A stretch of 64,000 nt of DNA from Hydrolagus affinis (GCA_012026655.1 JAAILG010001511.1:1-64000), one strand, 5' to 3'; counted from the first letter of the stretch, positions 12,091 through 26,222 are shown. Notes: generated by a model not told the origin, from the letters alone. Program-made: numbers and translations.

Positions 12091-14965
12091 GGGAAAGAAT
12101 GGCATGTCTACCATGTCATGGCACAGGACAAGGACACCCGGGAGAACATTGGCCCACGAGCCATACCATTAATGACATGTTTGTTTGATCTGCAAAGTAA
12201 AATAACACACGTTACTTTCTCAAATAGCTAAAGGTCTAAAAATACACCAGAGGCTAGATTACAATGCCGCTGGTCTTTTGTAGAGCAGAATCTGAACAAC
12301 TGGATGGATGGATCAAAGCGAGGACTACTGTAACCATGCGAATAATGACTGGCTCAATGCCAAACCAATGGATCTATTTAATCAAGAATTCAGATTTAAC
12401 AGAATTGATCAAACAGAGACTAATTGAGCAGTTGGGTGTGGGTCATTGTATGGCAGTAAGCTTGTCAGGATTCAGGTGACACAACCAACTCCAAAATAAA
12501 TCTCAAATGGCTCAGAGCAGACATTCAAACCCAGAGATAAAGTTACTGTCTTGAAATCACTCGGGGGGGCATCCACGCTATGTTATTGCTAACAGCAGCT
12601 GCCAACGGGCCAGGACACTTCACCACTGATGGAGTCAGGTTTGTGCACCCCACCTTCACAACAGGGCAGTGAAGCACTGAGAGTAAGTTCTAGGCAAGAA
12701 GCAGCCGGATGTTTCCTCACACTCTGCGGGCCCTGGTATCAGAGATGAACTTGTTTGCTTTGGAAAAGACGATTAACGGAGACTCCGTGCAGCTCTGTGT
12801 TCAGCTCTCGGAAATGGCAAGGATAGAACCACACAATTGCTGGATGGTTTAAAATTGGAGCTTATGAGTTGGGAGTAGATGTGGGAAGAAGCACTTTTCT
12901 TCAAAGCAGTTGGATGTGTGGAAAACCTCCCCCATCCACTCCCCCAGAAAAAAACATCTCACGTCACTGTTCGAAACTGTCTCAACAAGGAGTTGGATGA
13001 GTACGTTCTTTAGAAATCAACCTGGAGAATACAGGAGCAGACAGAGGAACAGCCCCTCCCCCCCACCCTCTGGGGAGCTGGGCGGAGACTGTGCAGCTGA
13101 AGGAATCAGACACCTGTGGTTGAGGGGCGGAGAGGGATGGCTGACCTGATGTATCGGCTCAGCTGCCTTAGGGAAATCGGGATCATCAGAACATCCGGAG
13201 AGGAAGTGATCCATGACAAGGTGGATGTCTACTGAGCGGGGAGTGGGCTTTGATGGGTCACCCACAGACACAATTGTCTCAGTTCAAGCTCCCTTAGGAT
13301 CATTATTCATTAAGCCTTCCCTTTAAGTAACTTGAAGACAGATAACGTTAATAAAATATGTGGGGTATGGCTCCTATTCCACGCGATTGGTAAACAGAAG
13401 AACATTCCAGTCACAAACGTGACCATCAAAATGAAACGAGTTGGTGAATCAGTTTCTACTGTGGTAAATGGTTAACATGATTTCCTCTCCCTCTCTTAAG
13501 TCTCTGGCACACATCAAAATCCAAATGCTAGTATTTACATGTTCAAATACCTCAAAAACAGTAGAATACTCTTTGTTTTCCTCGCTGGAACGGCGGTAAT
13601 TTGCGAGTACAAGTTCAGCATTTATCATGATTACTTGTGTCTGTTTTGATCAGTCGCTTGCTCTTAAGTGTTTCCGTGTGTTAAGTGACCATCTACAAAG
13701 AGAGTTCAAACGCTGAAATATGCGCATAATAAAGATAAAACCATTGAGCTATGTGGTGTCCAACAAATCAAACACAAGCACTGACGGCAGCTGGAGTAGA
13801 AGAACTATCTGCTGTATTTAAAAATTACACCAACATCACAGGCAGGAAGCAGCAAAAACCATGTTAAGCTCGCGTTAGATAACATTTCAAAGGAAATCTC
13901 TCCAGACAGTTCTGTGGCTGTCAGGTAACGAGAGAGATTCCACTCAGAAATTTGCCCCCCCCCCCCACCACCCCATCTCATTTTTGTTGCACTTCAACAT
14001 GATTAAATGAAGCGAGTTAGGAGTCATTTTCCGCACATCAAATCCAATAAAGTGGTATTATAATGCTCGCTATTACTGTATCTTCAAAGTCACAACAAAA
14101 AGTCCTTCTCTGGCGAGTGCTCTTCAGACACTTCTCTTGAACACAAGAGCTCCCAGAGCTGGCACAACACAGCTGATTGACTAGTTATCGCAGCATGTGT
14201 ACTTTAACCAATCGGTCCCTGCCCGGCCAGCTCCTGATGTTAACCTCACCGCTACAAGGAGGTGCTAAGGGAAAGTAAAGCCTTTCTACACTGGAAGGCA
14301 GGATCTGCTGCTGGTCGACCTCCCGCTCTCGTTGAGCTTGGCATCAACACGGGGAGCAGGTCAGATAGAACCATTCATCCTCTGGCTGTCGCCTTTCGCC
14401 CTCAAAATGCAATCAATCTCCACTTTCCAGTACAGCCCACAAAGTGCTTTGAAACATCTCGATGACGTGGCAAGGCACTGCATCAAATGCAATAACAATA
14501 CTGTTTTTATTATTATTATAAAGCAGCCAGATAAATAAAGATAAGGGAGGATACACATGTGATAACAAACTGCATCAAACATCTACCTCAGACAGTTACG
14601 GCACAAAGGGTTTATTCATGCAATTGAAACCTGTCGAGCGAATGCTGGTATTTAGTGTTCACGTGTTTGGTGAACGGTCGAAGCTTCAATTCCCAACAGT
14701 CACACAACATCCACACAGCACAATCCTGCCATTGGATGTTTGCAGATTGGAACCGACCCCTGAAAAAACGTAAATGTTGGCATCACGAGAAACAATTAGT
14801 GATAGACAGCACTGAAAGAGATCGCATTCGTCAAGCTGCAAGATTGGACGGCGGAGGATATAATTCAGGCACGGTAACAGGAGGCCATTCAGCCCACTCA
14901 GTATGTTCCACGAGCTTTTGATCTTTGCAGTCAGACAATCAGTCAACTCTGCTGTGATGAGCCAT

Positions 14966-15277
14966 GTGGAGTCCTGCAGCTCAGTGGTTAGAGCACTCAC
15001 CTCACAGGCGTGAGACCTGTGTTTGATTCCAGGCAAAACAAATCCTTGGGCAAGATTCCTTACTTCACAGGCCTAATAATAACCCCTCAAATAAAACAAT
15101 AATCAATTGGTCATTTCAATCCGCGACTGTTTGTGGGGACGCTGCTGTGCGCAATTGGCTGCCGTGTTCCACCCACAAATGTACAGTCAATTCACTTGAC
15201 AGTATATTCTGTGAAGTGCTTTGAGATGTTTAGAGGATGTGAAAAGCGCTATATCAAATGCCAGGATTATTATTATT
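14966..15277 (+). mobile_element. tRNA-derived SINE, full length (abundant young family)
   Basis: GTGGAGTCCTGCAGCTCAGTGGTTAGAGC head (A box), B-box-like GTTTGATTCC, shared body, tail AAGCGCTATATCAAATGC..(ATT)n. Confidence 0.9.
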
Positions 15278-17094
15278 ACTTATTGTGGCACCCAAGTTAA
15301 GGAATGCAGCCAAAGAAGGTAAGATATTGTAAGAAGATGTTAAGAAATAAGTGTATCAAAGTGTATAAAAGTTTCTTTGTTAATGTGTAATCAAGCTGGG
15401 TTAATTTTTTCTTTTGGTAAATTTTACATTTTGATATTGAAAAGTCAAAGCGAGAAAGAGATTGCGATCCAGAAGTCCATTCACTTAATTTGATCTCATC
15501 TTTCCACAGGGTTCACAGAGTTCACCCTAATATGTTTCCATTACAGCACAAGGCCAGTGTCTTAGCCTTCAACCATCTTTCTCGTAACCTTGTCCCAGCT
15601 GTTCCTCTGTGCCAAGTCCCACCGATTGAAATCTAAAGCATTAGTTATATACTTGACTTCAATAGTATTCAAAGCTCATTGATGCAGAGGAATACAGCGG
15701 CTCGAGCTAAACAAGTTCACTAAATAAAACCCGGCTTAGTTCTTACAACAGGGGCAAAGTAAAACTGCGTCCGCACGAACATAAAAGTAACTTGGGTTTG
15801 CTGTGATCTTCAGAAGTGAATAGAGGGCAAGATATCTGAAACTGTAGATGATATTAAGAAAGCATGCCTGACATCACAATCCTTTTGATGTGGCAAGCCT
15901 CAAACAGCAATTGGGTGGAGGCAAAAAATCTAAAACCCTAGTACATGACAGATGATGCTGGAGGGTGGATCTAAAAGTCAACGGTAATTAATACACACCT
16001 TTGGAATATGGAGAACCTATACTTTGTTGTGAACACTGTACTATTGCCTGGCCCATCGGTATGAAAACCTGTATAAAATCCATCCCGTCCACAGATAACC
16101 GTTAGTCCGCGGGAAAATACACAACCCCCTCAAAGAGGCAATCACTTCTAACCCACTCATGCTTTTAACATGAGAGGGTAGTCAAAGCCAAGAAGGGGAT
16201 GTGAAAGGCACTATACAAGTGTAATTTTGTTGTTGCTGTTGACTACATTCCCGTTTGTGGGTTGTTGCTGACTGATCTGGCAGACTTGCCAACATTTTGA
16301 GCCGATTTCCACCCCCCCCCCACCCCAAAAAAAGTTGTTTATTTGTGAGGTTGGGGACCTGAAAGGGCGATTGGGAAACTGTCCTTTCATAGAGATTTCA
16401 AGAAGCCCCGATGGAGAATGAGAGAACAAGGAGCTCAGAAAACTGTCAGAACTGCACAGGGCCTTGAGTATTTTCCAATGAGAGCTTCCGCAAAGCACGA
16501 GCAACACCAAAGCTCAAAGACGCCAATTGCCGCTCTCCGCCACATTATCTCTCACAAACACCAGCGAGCTTGAAGCGACCCAAGACACTGGATGAAAATA
16601 ACGTACACGTCACAGCAGATAGCTCAATCGGGACACTTCACAGTTGCTGCCAAAAATCGCACGTCTAAAGAGTTACAATCTGAAATATCTCTGCGTTTTA
16701 CTCGGGCAGGCGAGGGGAAATTTCCACTCTCCTGGTTTTATTACAAGGGATAATTTTGCTCACAAGAGTGCCTGGCGCATCAAAGACACAAACGTTTTCT
16801 TGCTATGGTGGCAGCGCATTAAAGATGAAATATAATTACAGAAATCGGTAATTATACATAATCGCAAAAGCTCTTTAGTCCTTAAATGCTTCCTCCAATG
16901 TCTTCGCTTGGGCCCGAAAATGTTTCTGTGGCCAGTTGGTTGGTAGAAAATTGACATGAGCTGATGCCAGCTCTCACTCGCCCTGTTCTGCCTTGTAACG
17001 TACTTTCCAAAATAAGAGGATTCTATCATTTTTGTGTGCTCACGAAAAGATTTTACTCGAGAAATAAAAGCAAGCCTCTACAATATGTTCTTAC

Positions 17095-17147
17095 CTGGTA
17101 TAGTGTCGCAGTTAAGTCATCAAGAAGTACTTTAGGTGGTGCCATAA
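17095..17147 (-). CDS. ASPSCR1: ASPSCR1 coding exon 12 (UBX domain, PP turn); last exon found, gene 3'-incomplete in window
   Basis: tttcCAG|(F)MAPPKVLLDDLTATLYQ|GTAAGA; 53 nt; resembles mammalian FITPPKTVLDDHTQTLFQ. Confidence 0.94.
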
Positions 17148-17152
17148 CTGGA

Positions 17153-17205
17153 AAGAGAGAGAGATCATTATGAGAGAGAGAGAGAGAGAGAGAGAAAAAA
17201 AGAGA
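17153..17205. repeat. (GA)n tracts at the exon 12 acceptor
   Basis: Two (GA)n runs separated by TCATTAT. Confidence 0.9.
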
Positions 17206-17298
17206 AACAGCATCCTAACAGGTTCATTGACTTGTACAGAGAAACACGATCACGGGTATGCTTGACCCAATGGAAGATACTAAAATATAAAATAAAAA

Positions 17299-17618
17299 TA
17301 TAATAATCCTTGCATTTGATATAGCGCTTTTCACGTCTTCTAGACGTCACAAAGAGCTTCACACAATATGTTGCAAAGTGAATTGACTCCATATTTTGTG
17401 GCCGAAACCCAGCAGCTAATTGCACATAAACAGTGTCCCACAAACAGTTGTGGATAGAAATAACCAATTTATTATAGGTTTCTTTTTGGACAGATTATTA
17501 TTAGGCATGTGTGTGGAGTAAGGAAACTTGCCCAAGGTTTCATCCTGACCTGCATGGACTGACCTGCACAGTCGTCATGCTTGTAAGGCGACTGCTCTAG
17601 CCACTGAGCTAAAGGACT
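17299..17618 (-). mobile_element. tRNA-derived SINE, full length
   Basis: Reverse complement of the family consensus, tail at left, head (ccactgagct) at right. Confidence 0.88.
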
Positions 17619-19189
17619 TAAGGTTGTATTAGTGGCAGGGCTTCATCCTCTCAATGCAAAAAATAGACATGATAAGGCGTTATGTCAAATGCCAGGATTA
17701 TTATTATTAATACTGTATGTGAGTGAAGGAACCCAAGGAAACTTGCAGGAAAAGTGCAGAACAAACCTACTTATGGGAGAAAGTAGATCTTACTGAAGTC
17801 TTTTGCTATCGGAGGGGCAGTGTAAAGGATCCTCATTCACAATGAGCAGGCTTTATGTAATCAGTAACTTTGGCTGCTGTTTTATAGGCTGTTCAGCAAT
17901 CCACTGGCTACTTTCAAAGAGCATTTCCATTCTTATCATTTTGACAGTAGATCAGACACCGTGCATAGGACACCTTGGGTGATAGTATCTTGGAACAAAA
18001 TGAGTTTCTGATACTTGGCCGAACCCAGTGAATAATGTACATTCACGACGTCCAGCTGACATTGTGTGTGTATGCGTGCGTGTGTGTGTGTGTGAGTTTT
18101 TATATTAAAAAAATGCCCCAGAAATGCAATAAAAGTAAAATTAAAACAAAAAAACTCTTCAAGCACAGAGAGTTCTTTAATACTTGCCATTGTGCCCGGT
18201 GAGCTGCCTCTCATCTTTCTCCAGATTCCACTAACCTGGCTACACTCCCAGCTCGGCCCTGCTCCCAGCCCCATGTAATGGCAAGGTTATCTAGTTTTTT
18301 TTTTGCAGTAAGTTTGAATGCGCCTCAATCCTAACCCCACCGGTGAAAACGTCCTGTTTCGCAGCACTGAGCGGCTGGGAAAAGGAGAAACGTGTCAGCC
18401 GGAATCCATGTGTGTTTGTCCGACCCTAATAAAAATATCTCGCTTCACAAGCAAGGTTCAGCAAACTGCCCAGACAACTCCTATAACAAACTGTAAGAGT
18501 GATTTTCTGCACGCCTTTATGTCTTGACATCACTCTGATAGCTACACAAGGATGTCACTCATTTACTGGCTCTATTTTCCAGGCTCCGGAACCACAAGGC
18601 AAAGCAACGCAAGTTGGGAGGCTTCAGGAATCCACTTCATGCATTGAGTTGCCCCCATACAATGGCGAGCAAAGTTTACATAGCGCACTAAGTAGCCGAC
18701 AACACAGGCTTGAAGGGGGCTTTGAAGCTAACATCTGCATCCTGCCTTAGATTCCCTATCTTGGGAACCAGATTGTAATCTTCCTGGGTACATTTCCCAA
18801 TCAAATTCTAGACGTGTGCACAGGATCGAGTTACCCCCCCCACTCCCCACCCCAGGGGAGGGCAAGCAAACAGGATGAAACGTTATGGATCTTTCTGGCA
18901 GTTGCTCATGGAATCTCACTCATTCCAGGACGGATACTGAAGCTCGGCCGCAAACCTGGCATTAACTCGATCACACAAAGTTATACAAACAATAATAAAT
19001 CCTTACATTTGACATAGTGCCTTTCATGTTGTGTGTGTGGGGGGGATGGGACATCTTAAAAGTGCTTCGCATAATGCATTGTAAAGTGTATGGATGGTGC
19101 CACTTTTTGTAGGCAAACGTGGCAGCCCATTTGAACGAGCCAAGCCATGAAGTCAATTACCAATTTTGTCTGCGGGCTTGCTGACATCG

Positions 19190-19425
19190 GGGCGAAACTC
19201 TGTCGTCATTTCGAAGAGAGCCGTGAGTTGGGTTTTTTTAACGTCCGCCTGAATAGGCAGAGAGTAAGTATCTCACATCTGAAGGATGGCAAAAAACCTG
19301 GGAAACATCCAGCATTGTAGTGGAGTGTCAGCCTAGACTACACGTGTTCAAAGTCCTGACGTGCCATTCGAATTCACAATTTTCTGACTGGGGGGCGCGG
19401 ACAACAGCGCTATCAATTGAGCTCA
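19190..19425 (-). mobile_element. Deu-domain SINE relic
   Basis: TTTAACGTCCGCCTGAATAGGCAGA...CATCTGAAGGATGGCA...GTGGAGTGTCAGCCTAGA. Confidence 0.65.
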
Positions 19426-19789
19426 AAGTTCTCGATGGATCAGGGTCAAATCTGCCCACCCTCCCCTCACTCCCTCGCTTGGTATTGTTTGCAATTTCCT
19501 CAAAACTGTCTAGGTGAACAATTTAGGCTCCACAGCAGAAACCTGCAGTTCTAATTTGAAGCACAGCAGCTGTCTGATGTTCACTGCAGAGAAACCTAGG
19601 CAATCTCGCTTCAAAACAAGTTGTTTGGTATCCGCAAAACAATTCCAAAATGTTCACGTGTTGCACAAATGGCATTATTCAAACAAAATATTTCCATTCT
19701 GAGTTTTGCTGTGAGATTAAATTAAATGACGACTTGATACAGACATGGCTATTTGCAGCACATTTGTTTAACAATTTACTTAGTATGTG

Positions 19790-19900
19790 GCGGGGAAAGT
19801 GAAGAGGGCAATAGGGGAGAATGGAAGGGGAGATGAGGGAAGGTAGAGCTGTATCACGCATTTTAAACATGATCCACCATTGAAATGAATGCGAATGATA
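19790..19900 (-). mobile_element. Ancient L2 reverse-transcriptase fragment
   Basis: GGTAGAGCTGTATCACGCAT resembles a decayed reverse complement of YADDTQLY codons; similar remnant at about 21600-21770. Confidence 0.45.
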
Positions 19901-20489
19901 AACTTTTTTTCACCTCTTGAAATTTTCCTCACAGCTATTCCCGCGAATAATGGTGTGAGCACTTGACAAAAGGATAGCCCATTAAATTCTCATCAGTGGA
20001 TTATTTTAACCAATAGGACAGTATACAAGGAATAGCCATTCTACTCTTTTAAAAGAGCTCCCATTATATATTTTATATCTATATATCACTTATAATTTTT
20101 TATTACAAAGAACACAAAACTGTGAACTCTAAAAAGAAAGTACTGAATTAAAAATCAGATTAAATGGTTCGGAAATAAATAGGCTTGAGATAAATTAATC
20201 AGGACACAACACAAATATGAAAGAATTTACATTAGAATCCCATTATATTGTCAGTGGGCTGATATCATGAGAGTTTACTTACCCCCCTCCCCCCACCATG
20301 CAAAAAGCACAACACATTTTACATTTACGATTATTGCCACTTTGATACAAATGCCAGTGGTTGCCTCTGTGGGATAGTTTTTAATCAGATGGGGGTGGAT
20401 TGTTTCTGGGTTGAAGCGAGGAAATCTTACTAACACAGTGTCTCATGGTGCGATAAGTCTTATTGAGCTACCGACCGCATTGTACTTAC

Positions 20490-20552
20490 ATAAATAAAAG
20501 GGAAACTCTGGGTGCTTGAGGTGCATCTTCACAAACTGTCTCAACGCTGCAA
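20490..20552 (-). CDS. ASPSCR1: ASPSCR1 coding exon 11 (UBX domain)
   Basis: ttttaaCAG|(V)AALRQFVKMHLKHPEFPFYL|GTAAGT; 63 nt, phase 1 to 1. Confidence 0.94.
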
Positions 20553-20787
20553 CTGTTAAAAAAAAACCTTACATTATTTGTAAATTCTTTCGACCACAAG
20601 ATATGTAGTCACTCCACTTTATGATAATCTGTGAGGCGCTTTGAGACGTCTCAAGAATGTGATAAGACACTAAATCAAATGCAGGGTTTACTGTTATTGT
20701 TAATAATAAACTGGTAAAGTGGGATTGCATTGCTTCAGGAGAAAGACTGGATTTTGAAGTCCTAATAAGAACCACTTTGCGGTTCCC

Positions 20788-21113
20788 ATAATAATCCTTG
20801 CATTTGATAAAGCGCTTTTCACATCTTATCGACGTCTCAAAGCGCTTCACAGAATATACTGTAAAGTGAATTGACTGTATATTTGTGGGTGAAACGCGGC
20901 AGCCAATTGCCTACAAACAGTCGTGGATTGAAAATGACCAATTTTTATTATTGTTTTTTTGGGGAGGGATTATTATTAGGCGTGTGTGTATGTGTATGTG
21001 TGTGTGCGCATGTGTGTGTAGTAAGGAAACTTGCCCAAGGTTTCGCCCTGAACTGCCTGGGTTCGAACACAGGTCCAACGCTTGTAAGGCGAGCGCTCTA
21101 ACCACTGAGCTAC
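20788..21113 (-). mobile_element. tRNA-derived SINE, near full length, CpG-retaining
   Basis: Reverse complement of consensus, many CpGs intact, internal (GT)n. Confidence 0.9.
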
Positions 21114-23340
21114 GCAATTGAGATTCTACTCTGGATGCCCATTACGTGCATCACTGTACATCAATGCACAGGAGGCGTTTGAGTTTTAAGAGAAGAAGTC
21201 ACGAAACAGTTTTTTTTAAACACACCACAGGAATGGTCTCGAGCACAGACAGCACTAATCTGCTTCTTATTTCACTTGCAAGAAAGAGCCAAGCAATTTG
21301 ATTAGCACCAGGTCTTTCTCACGCATAATACCGACCGACAAAGGTTACAGAAAGTGTGCTATAATCTAACAAGCGGATTGTGGGAACAAGGGCTGAGCTA
21401 TTTTTCCGCTATTTAGGCAAAACATTTAACTCCCTCCCCGCGCCCCCCACCAAAACAAAATTGATTTGGGATACAAGAAACAATACTTGCAATTAGAGGA
21501 ATAGTTTTGCTGATTCTGTCTGAATTTAGTGCAGAAACTGGTACTCTCACCTTCTGAAGTCATAAGAACTAAAAGCGCAGGGGAATCCACATAGGGCTGT
21601 GACAGATAGGGCCAAATGGACAAAAGAGTTACTGAAGGAGGGATAGCACACAGCTTGATGTAGATGTGGACAGCCCGAGTCGGATAGTACAGGTGCAATT
21701 GTCCTGTGCCAATAGGAGAGTACAACCAGGTGGAGATTGCGATTAGCACTCGGGTCTAGGAATGAGTGACTACAACTGTACTACATAGATTGACAGTGAA
21801 CAACAGGCCCCATAGACACATTTCTGAGAATGGCACACATCCAATACTAATGCTCAGTCATTGGAAGACACGCACAAATGCACTTCTTTCACAGTTTCAA
21901 CGCTGCTCGGAAATGACGCCTCATGAATTTTCCTCTCTAATTCAGGGGAAAAAAAAATCCTCATTTCTAAAAAAAAATCCTTTACTTCTATTTCATCAAA
22001 GAACTTATGTATTGTCTATTTAAAGTCTCTATCGCAGTGGCTCCAGTTGATTTGTTCTTGTATTAGAGGGAGACAAATGTAACGGGAAGAGATAAACATT
22101 CCAGGAATGTTTAACAACTTTTTTTTTAACTGGAAGTCTCTAATAAAATCAAACCAAAGCAAAACTAAAAAGGATCGACTTCAAAGGCAAGTGGAAGTTC
22201 ACTGAATGTCTGGGTGCCTATTTAACCCCTTGAAGGCTCACAGAGCTTTATTCGCACCACCATCTGCAGCAAACGGGCAATATTCTTCTGGCCGCTCTTA
22301 TGACAATTCGGTGGCAGAAAAGTGCAGAAGATTTGAATTCCCGGAGCAAACGGAGCCCAGTTAGTCTGTGCATTGTTGCGTAAATGTGGCTGCAGAGGCC
22401 AAAGGGTAAAAACTTTTCTCTTTTTTTTTAAAAAAACACATTACATCTCAGTGATTCATTCACAAAAGTTTTCAAATCATTCCATTGCACAACTCAGGCA
22501 ACACATCTACTAACGTTTGCTTATAGAGGAGCCTGCGTTATAAAGTTGTATAAATGTAATGCTGGATTCAAATTTCCATATAAAATGTCTCATTTGCAGT
22601 CTAACGGGGAAAGAATTCTTACTCAAATAATCCTCGCTTTTGATGCAGCGCCTTTGAAGTTAGTAGGACATCTTAAAACGCTTCACAGAATTTACTGCAA
22701 AGTGTAGTGACTGAATTATGCAGGCAACTATGGCAGCCGACAATCTGTACCACAGCACCTTACAAAAAAAAACTATGAAGCGAACGATAAATTTTATTTG
22801 GGGGATTGTTGGCCAAGACACAGCGGCAGAGAGAGACTCTTCTCTTTTTGAATAACTTAATTTAATGGCAGAGGAACAATCCTGAAGAGTACTTAACTTG
22901 GCTGCCATTGATTAGATTTGATTTAACTGCGCCTTAAAAATAATACAGATTTTCCCCATTTACACTACCTGGCATGAAACCAATGTAGGAAAGCTATTGA
23001 CCACTCCCTAAAGCACATTCATTCCTTTCTGATACTTAATCAGAGCTGCATTTTCTCCAACTCACAATCATCTTAATAACTTGAGAGAAACAAAGCAAAG
23101 GATCTAAAGTTGAAGTCCTTCAAACGATATGAAATGGATATGTATTATAACGAGGAGAAGCGAGACTTGAAAAGCTCTGGTCTGGCACACGGACAAGTCC
23201 TGCTCAGTCTCTCACAATCCTTTTGTTTGGATCTCAGTGTTTTGTCATAAAATGTCAAGAGTTACTTGAATGGCACGAGGTGGGGAGCAAACGTGGGTGT
23301 ATGATGAACTCAAAACGGAAATCTTTCACTCATTTTCCAT

Positions 23341-23637
23341 GTGGAGTCCTGTAGCTCAGTGGTTAGAGCGCTCGCCTTACAAGTGTGAGACCTATGTTCG
23401 AATCCAGGCAGGTCAGGGCGAAACCTTGGGCAAGTTTCTTTACTTCACACGTCTAATCCCTCAAAAAAAAAACAATAAAATTAGTCATTTCAACCACGAC
23501 TGTTTGTGGGATACTGCTGTGCGCAATTGGCTGCCATGTTTCGCCCACAAATATACAGTCAATTAATTTCACAAAGTATTCTGTGAAGCACTTCTAAAAG
23601 ACGTGAAAAGCACTATATCAATTGCAGGGATTATTAT
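23341..23637 (+). mobile_element. tRNA-derived SINE, full length
   Basis: A box TAGCTCAGTGG, B box GTTCGAATCC, Val-like TTACAA loop, L2-type 3' tail with ATT repeats. Confidence 0.92.
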
Positions 23638-24634
23638 ATTATAAATCACAACATTAAATGCAAGGATTATTAGTGAAGAGGCTCAGTTATTTACAGACAA
23701 GTTACATATGCCTTGACTCTCACCCCACCAACCAGCAAAATTTATATTTCGCTTTCTCCCTGGCTTCTCGCACCTAATGTATAAACGTCTACTGCGAGGT
23801 GCGCAGAACTCTCTCCGCAACTGAGAACAAGAGCTTAATATGCAACAAACGACAGGTGGAAGTAGAATTCACCCCCATTTTTTAATAAATACGTTTTTAA
23901 TGTAATTTGTTGTTATATAGATAGCACCTCTCACGGTAAAGCAGTTCTCAAAGCACTCATTAACTCTTTCACTGGCATCTGTTTGAACTTCAGCTACTTC
24001 AGGCAGGATTAGCCTTTCACAACAGCACTGTGTCTGGACAATGGACGCTGTGTAAAGTGATCAGGCTTCTGATGGGCCCAGAGATGAATATTCTGCCACT
24101 CTTCCTTTTGTCTGCCTTTCTAACCACAACTGAGAACAGAACCGGTCTCTTCTTTGAGTAATGAATACTCTTCCTGTTGAGTTTTTTTTCTGAACCATCT
24201 TCCCTAATTATTTCCTCTGATCTCGGAATGACAAATTGAATTCGAGAGACAAAGGTTCAAACAAAGATCATTCCTTAATTGACAATACTCTCACGTTATA
24301 TCTATTATGTTGAATTTCTCTTTTATTGCCCAAATCCCTCGAGTCACTTTGAGATTTAAGAGCTAAATGTTTTCTCAGTATCTACTGTATCAACCCCACT
24401 CAGGAAGGACATTGCTACAAGCGAAATGAAAGCCAAAAGGTGCTGCAAACACAGACGTACAATTATACAGATTAAGAAAGGAAAAAAAAGCATCTTTTGT
24501 CTTTCTTTGTCATCGAAACATCTCAAAGCACTTCACAAGTACAGCACTATACCACGAAGCACAGTGACTGTTTTTGTACCAGTGATTTGAGCTGCATGAA
24601 TTAATGGCCAATTCATGGGTGTGGGGGGGGTGGG

Positions 24635-24790
24635 TGGGATTATTGGCCAGAACATCATGAAGTAACTCATTTCTCCTTTTGAGTAGCATCACTTAAATCT
24701 TTAACGTCCACCTGAAGAGGTAGATGGAACCTAAATGAAGTCTCTCAGCAGTAAGACGGCACCTCAGACAATGCTGCTCTGCACCTTTGT
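24635..24790 (-). mobile_element. Deu-domain SINE relic
   Basis: TCTTTAACGTCCACCTGAAGAGGTAGATGG...AAGACGGCACCTCAGACAATGC. Confidence 0.7.
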
Positions 24791-24829
24791 GCTGCTTGAG
24801 GATTCGCACTTCTTAAGATAACTGGAAAA

Positions 24830-24985
24830 TAATAATAATCGCATTTGATATCGCAGCTTTTCATGTCTTAGACGTCTCAAAGCGCTTCACAGAATATACT
24901 GTAAAGTGAATTGACTGTATATTTGTGGGCGAAACGCGGCAGCCAATTGCGCACAGCAGCGTCCCCACAAGTCGTGGATTGAAAA
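24830..24985 (-). mobile_element. SINE 3' half immediately downstream of the exon 10 donor
   Basis: Body and tail of the same family with no head; about 25 bp from the donor at 25008. Confidence 0.85.
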
Positions 24986-25008
24986 ATAAGCACAACTAAA
25001 TACTTCAC

Positions 25009-25075
25009 CTGTTTCCAGAGGTCTGAAGAAACCTTGTAAAACCAATCCATCGGGAAACTGCACCCGTATTGTAAC
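25009..25075 (-). CDS. ASPSCR1: ASPSCR1 coding exon 10 (UBX domain)
   Basis: aaaCAG|VTIRVQFPDGLVLQGFFRPLET|GTGAAG; 67 nt; UBX RxxFPD..LQGFF motif. Confidence 0.96.
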
Positions 25076-26140
25076 CTGTTTGACCACAAAGGGAGATGAT
25101 GTCAAAACCGAATGTCATTCCTTTGCGAATCCACCACATTCCTCAAGTGTGATCGAATTTACTGTGCACAAGCAACAAGCAAATGATTTTGATAATTAAG
25201 TTTTTGTTTTGTTAAACGTAAATTAAAAATGCTGATTATTTTATTATTAAAACGCACGACAGACATTCATACTCGGGTTTGTGTCATCACAGAATGCGTG
25301 ACTGCGGGTTCACGCTAACTCTGATTAGTTAAGTCTGCCACAAATTGGCAAAAACACAAAGCCAACCTTCAATTAAATCTATGCAGGGGAATAAAACGGA
25401 TTGTTTCTTCTAAGGGAAGGATCAAATGCATGATATAAATAGAATTAGCTGTTGTGGTTTTCTAAAATGCCGGCAATGCCTGACGTGTATCCTCTATGGG
25501 ACTGAAAGCCCTCTGAAATGGATTCTTCAGAACAAGCTCAATGCGCCAGAGGGAAAAAAAATAGCCTTCAAATTCAGAGCTGCCCACATGCCTCACAATG
25601 CAAGAATGATAGTTCAACCATTCGAATTGGCTTCCGACCTCAGGGAACCAACATCTAGAAAGAGACAGTGCTTTCCTCCTCGAGTTCGTCCCATTGGAAT
25701 TAAAGAAAAATGTCTTCCCCCAAAAATAGGAATCCTCACTCTGGATTGTGTTTGGAGCCCTGGCCTCTGCTGCTCACCAGCTCCTTGGGACATCCTCCCA
25801 ACGTGAAATTATCAATGTAATTTTGTTGTTGTTCTGGTGATGTCTGCTCCTGGGAAGGGCAGCCCGGTATCTATCATCTTGACAGTCAACTGGGACCAAC
25901 CCAGTCGAGCCAACCCGCCCCTACCCCCTCCGCCCCCCGCCTACCCCTCCCCACCCACCCAGACTCAACATTGCCAAACGATTCTCAGAACTGAAGCCTC
26001 CTGAGTCCGGGAATAAATTCTGTTGTTGATCTCCGTAAACACAAGGTCCTTGCCATCAAGCCACATTTAATGGTATTTGATGGTTGCACCCTATTTTGAT
26101 GCTGTTGTTGCAGACGGTGGAAATGGGAAGTCTGGCTAAC

Positions 26141-26222
26141 CTTGGGGTACCGCTGCGTTTTGGCTTTCATCTGAGCTTCCCGCATGCTTTTGGTTATGAG
26201 TGGTGCCTCCTCCAAGCGACGC
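26141..26222 (-). CDS. ASPSCR1: ASPSCR1 coding exon 9
   Basis: gttCAG|RRLEEAPLITKSMREAQMKAKTQRYPK|GTTAGC; 82 nt. Confidence 0.96.

Noticed and set aside
16023-16068. Possible ASPSCR1 exon 13 (VFIPMGQAIVQCSQQ, phase 0 to 1)
   Set aside because: The phase fits, but it lacks the conserved NLFPAA motif and has a weak donor.
23341-23415. tRNA-Val(TAC)-like genes (also near 14966, 21113, 27025, 59549)
   Set aside because: Each head runs directly into a common SINE body and tail and lacks a proper acceptor stem and terminator; these are SINE heads.
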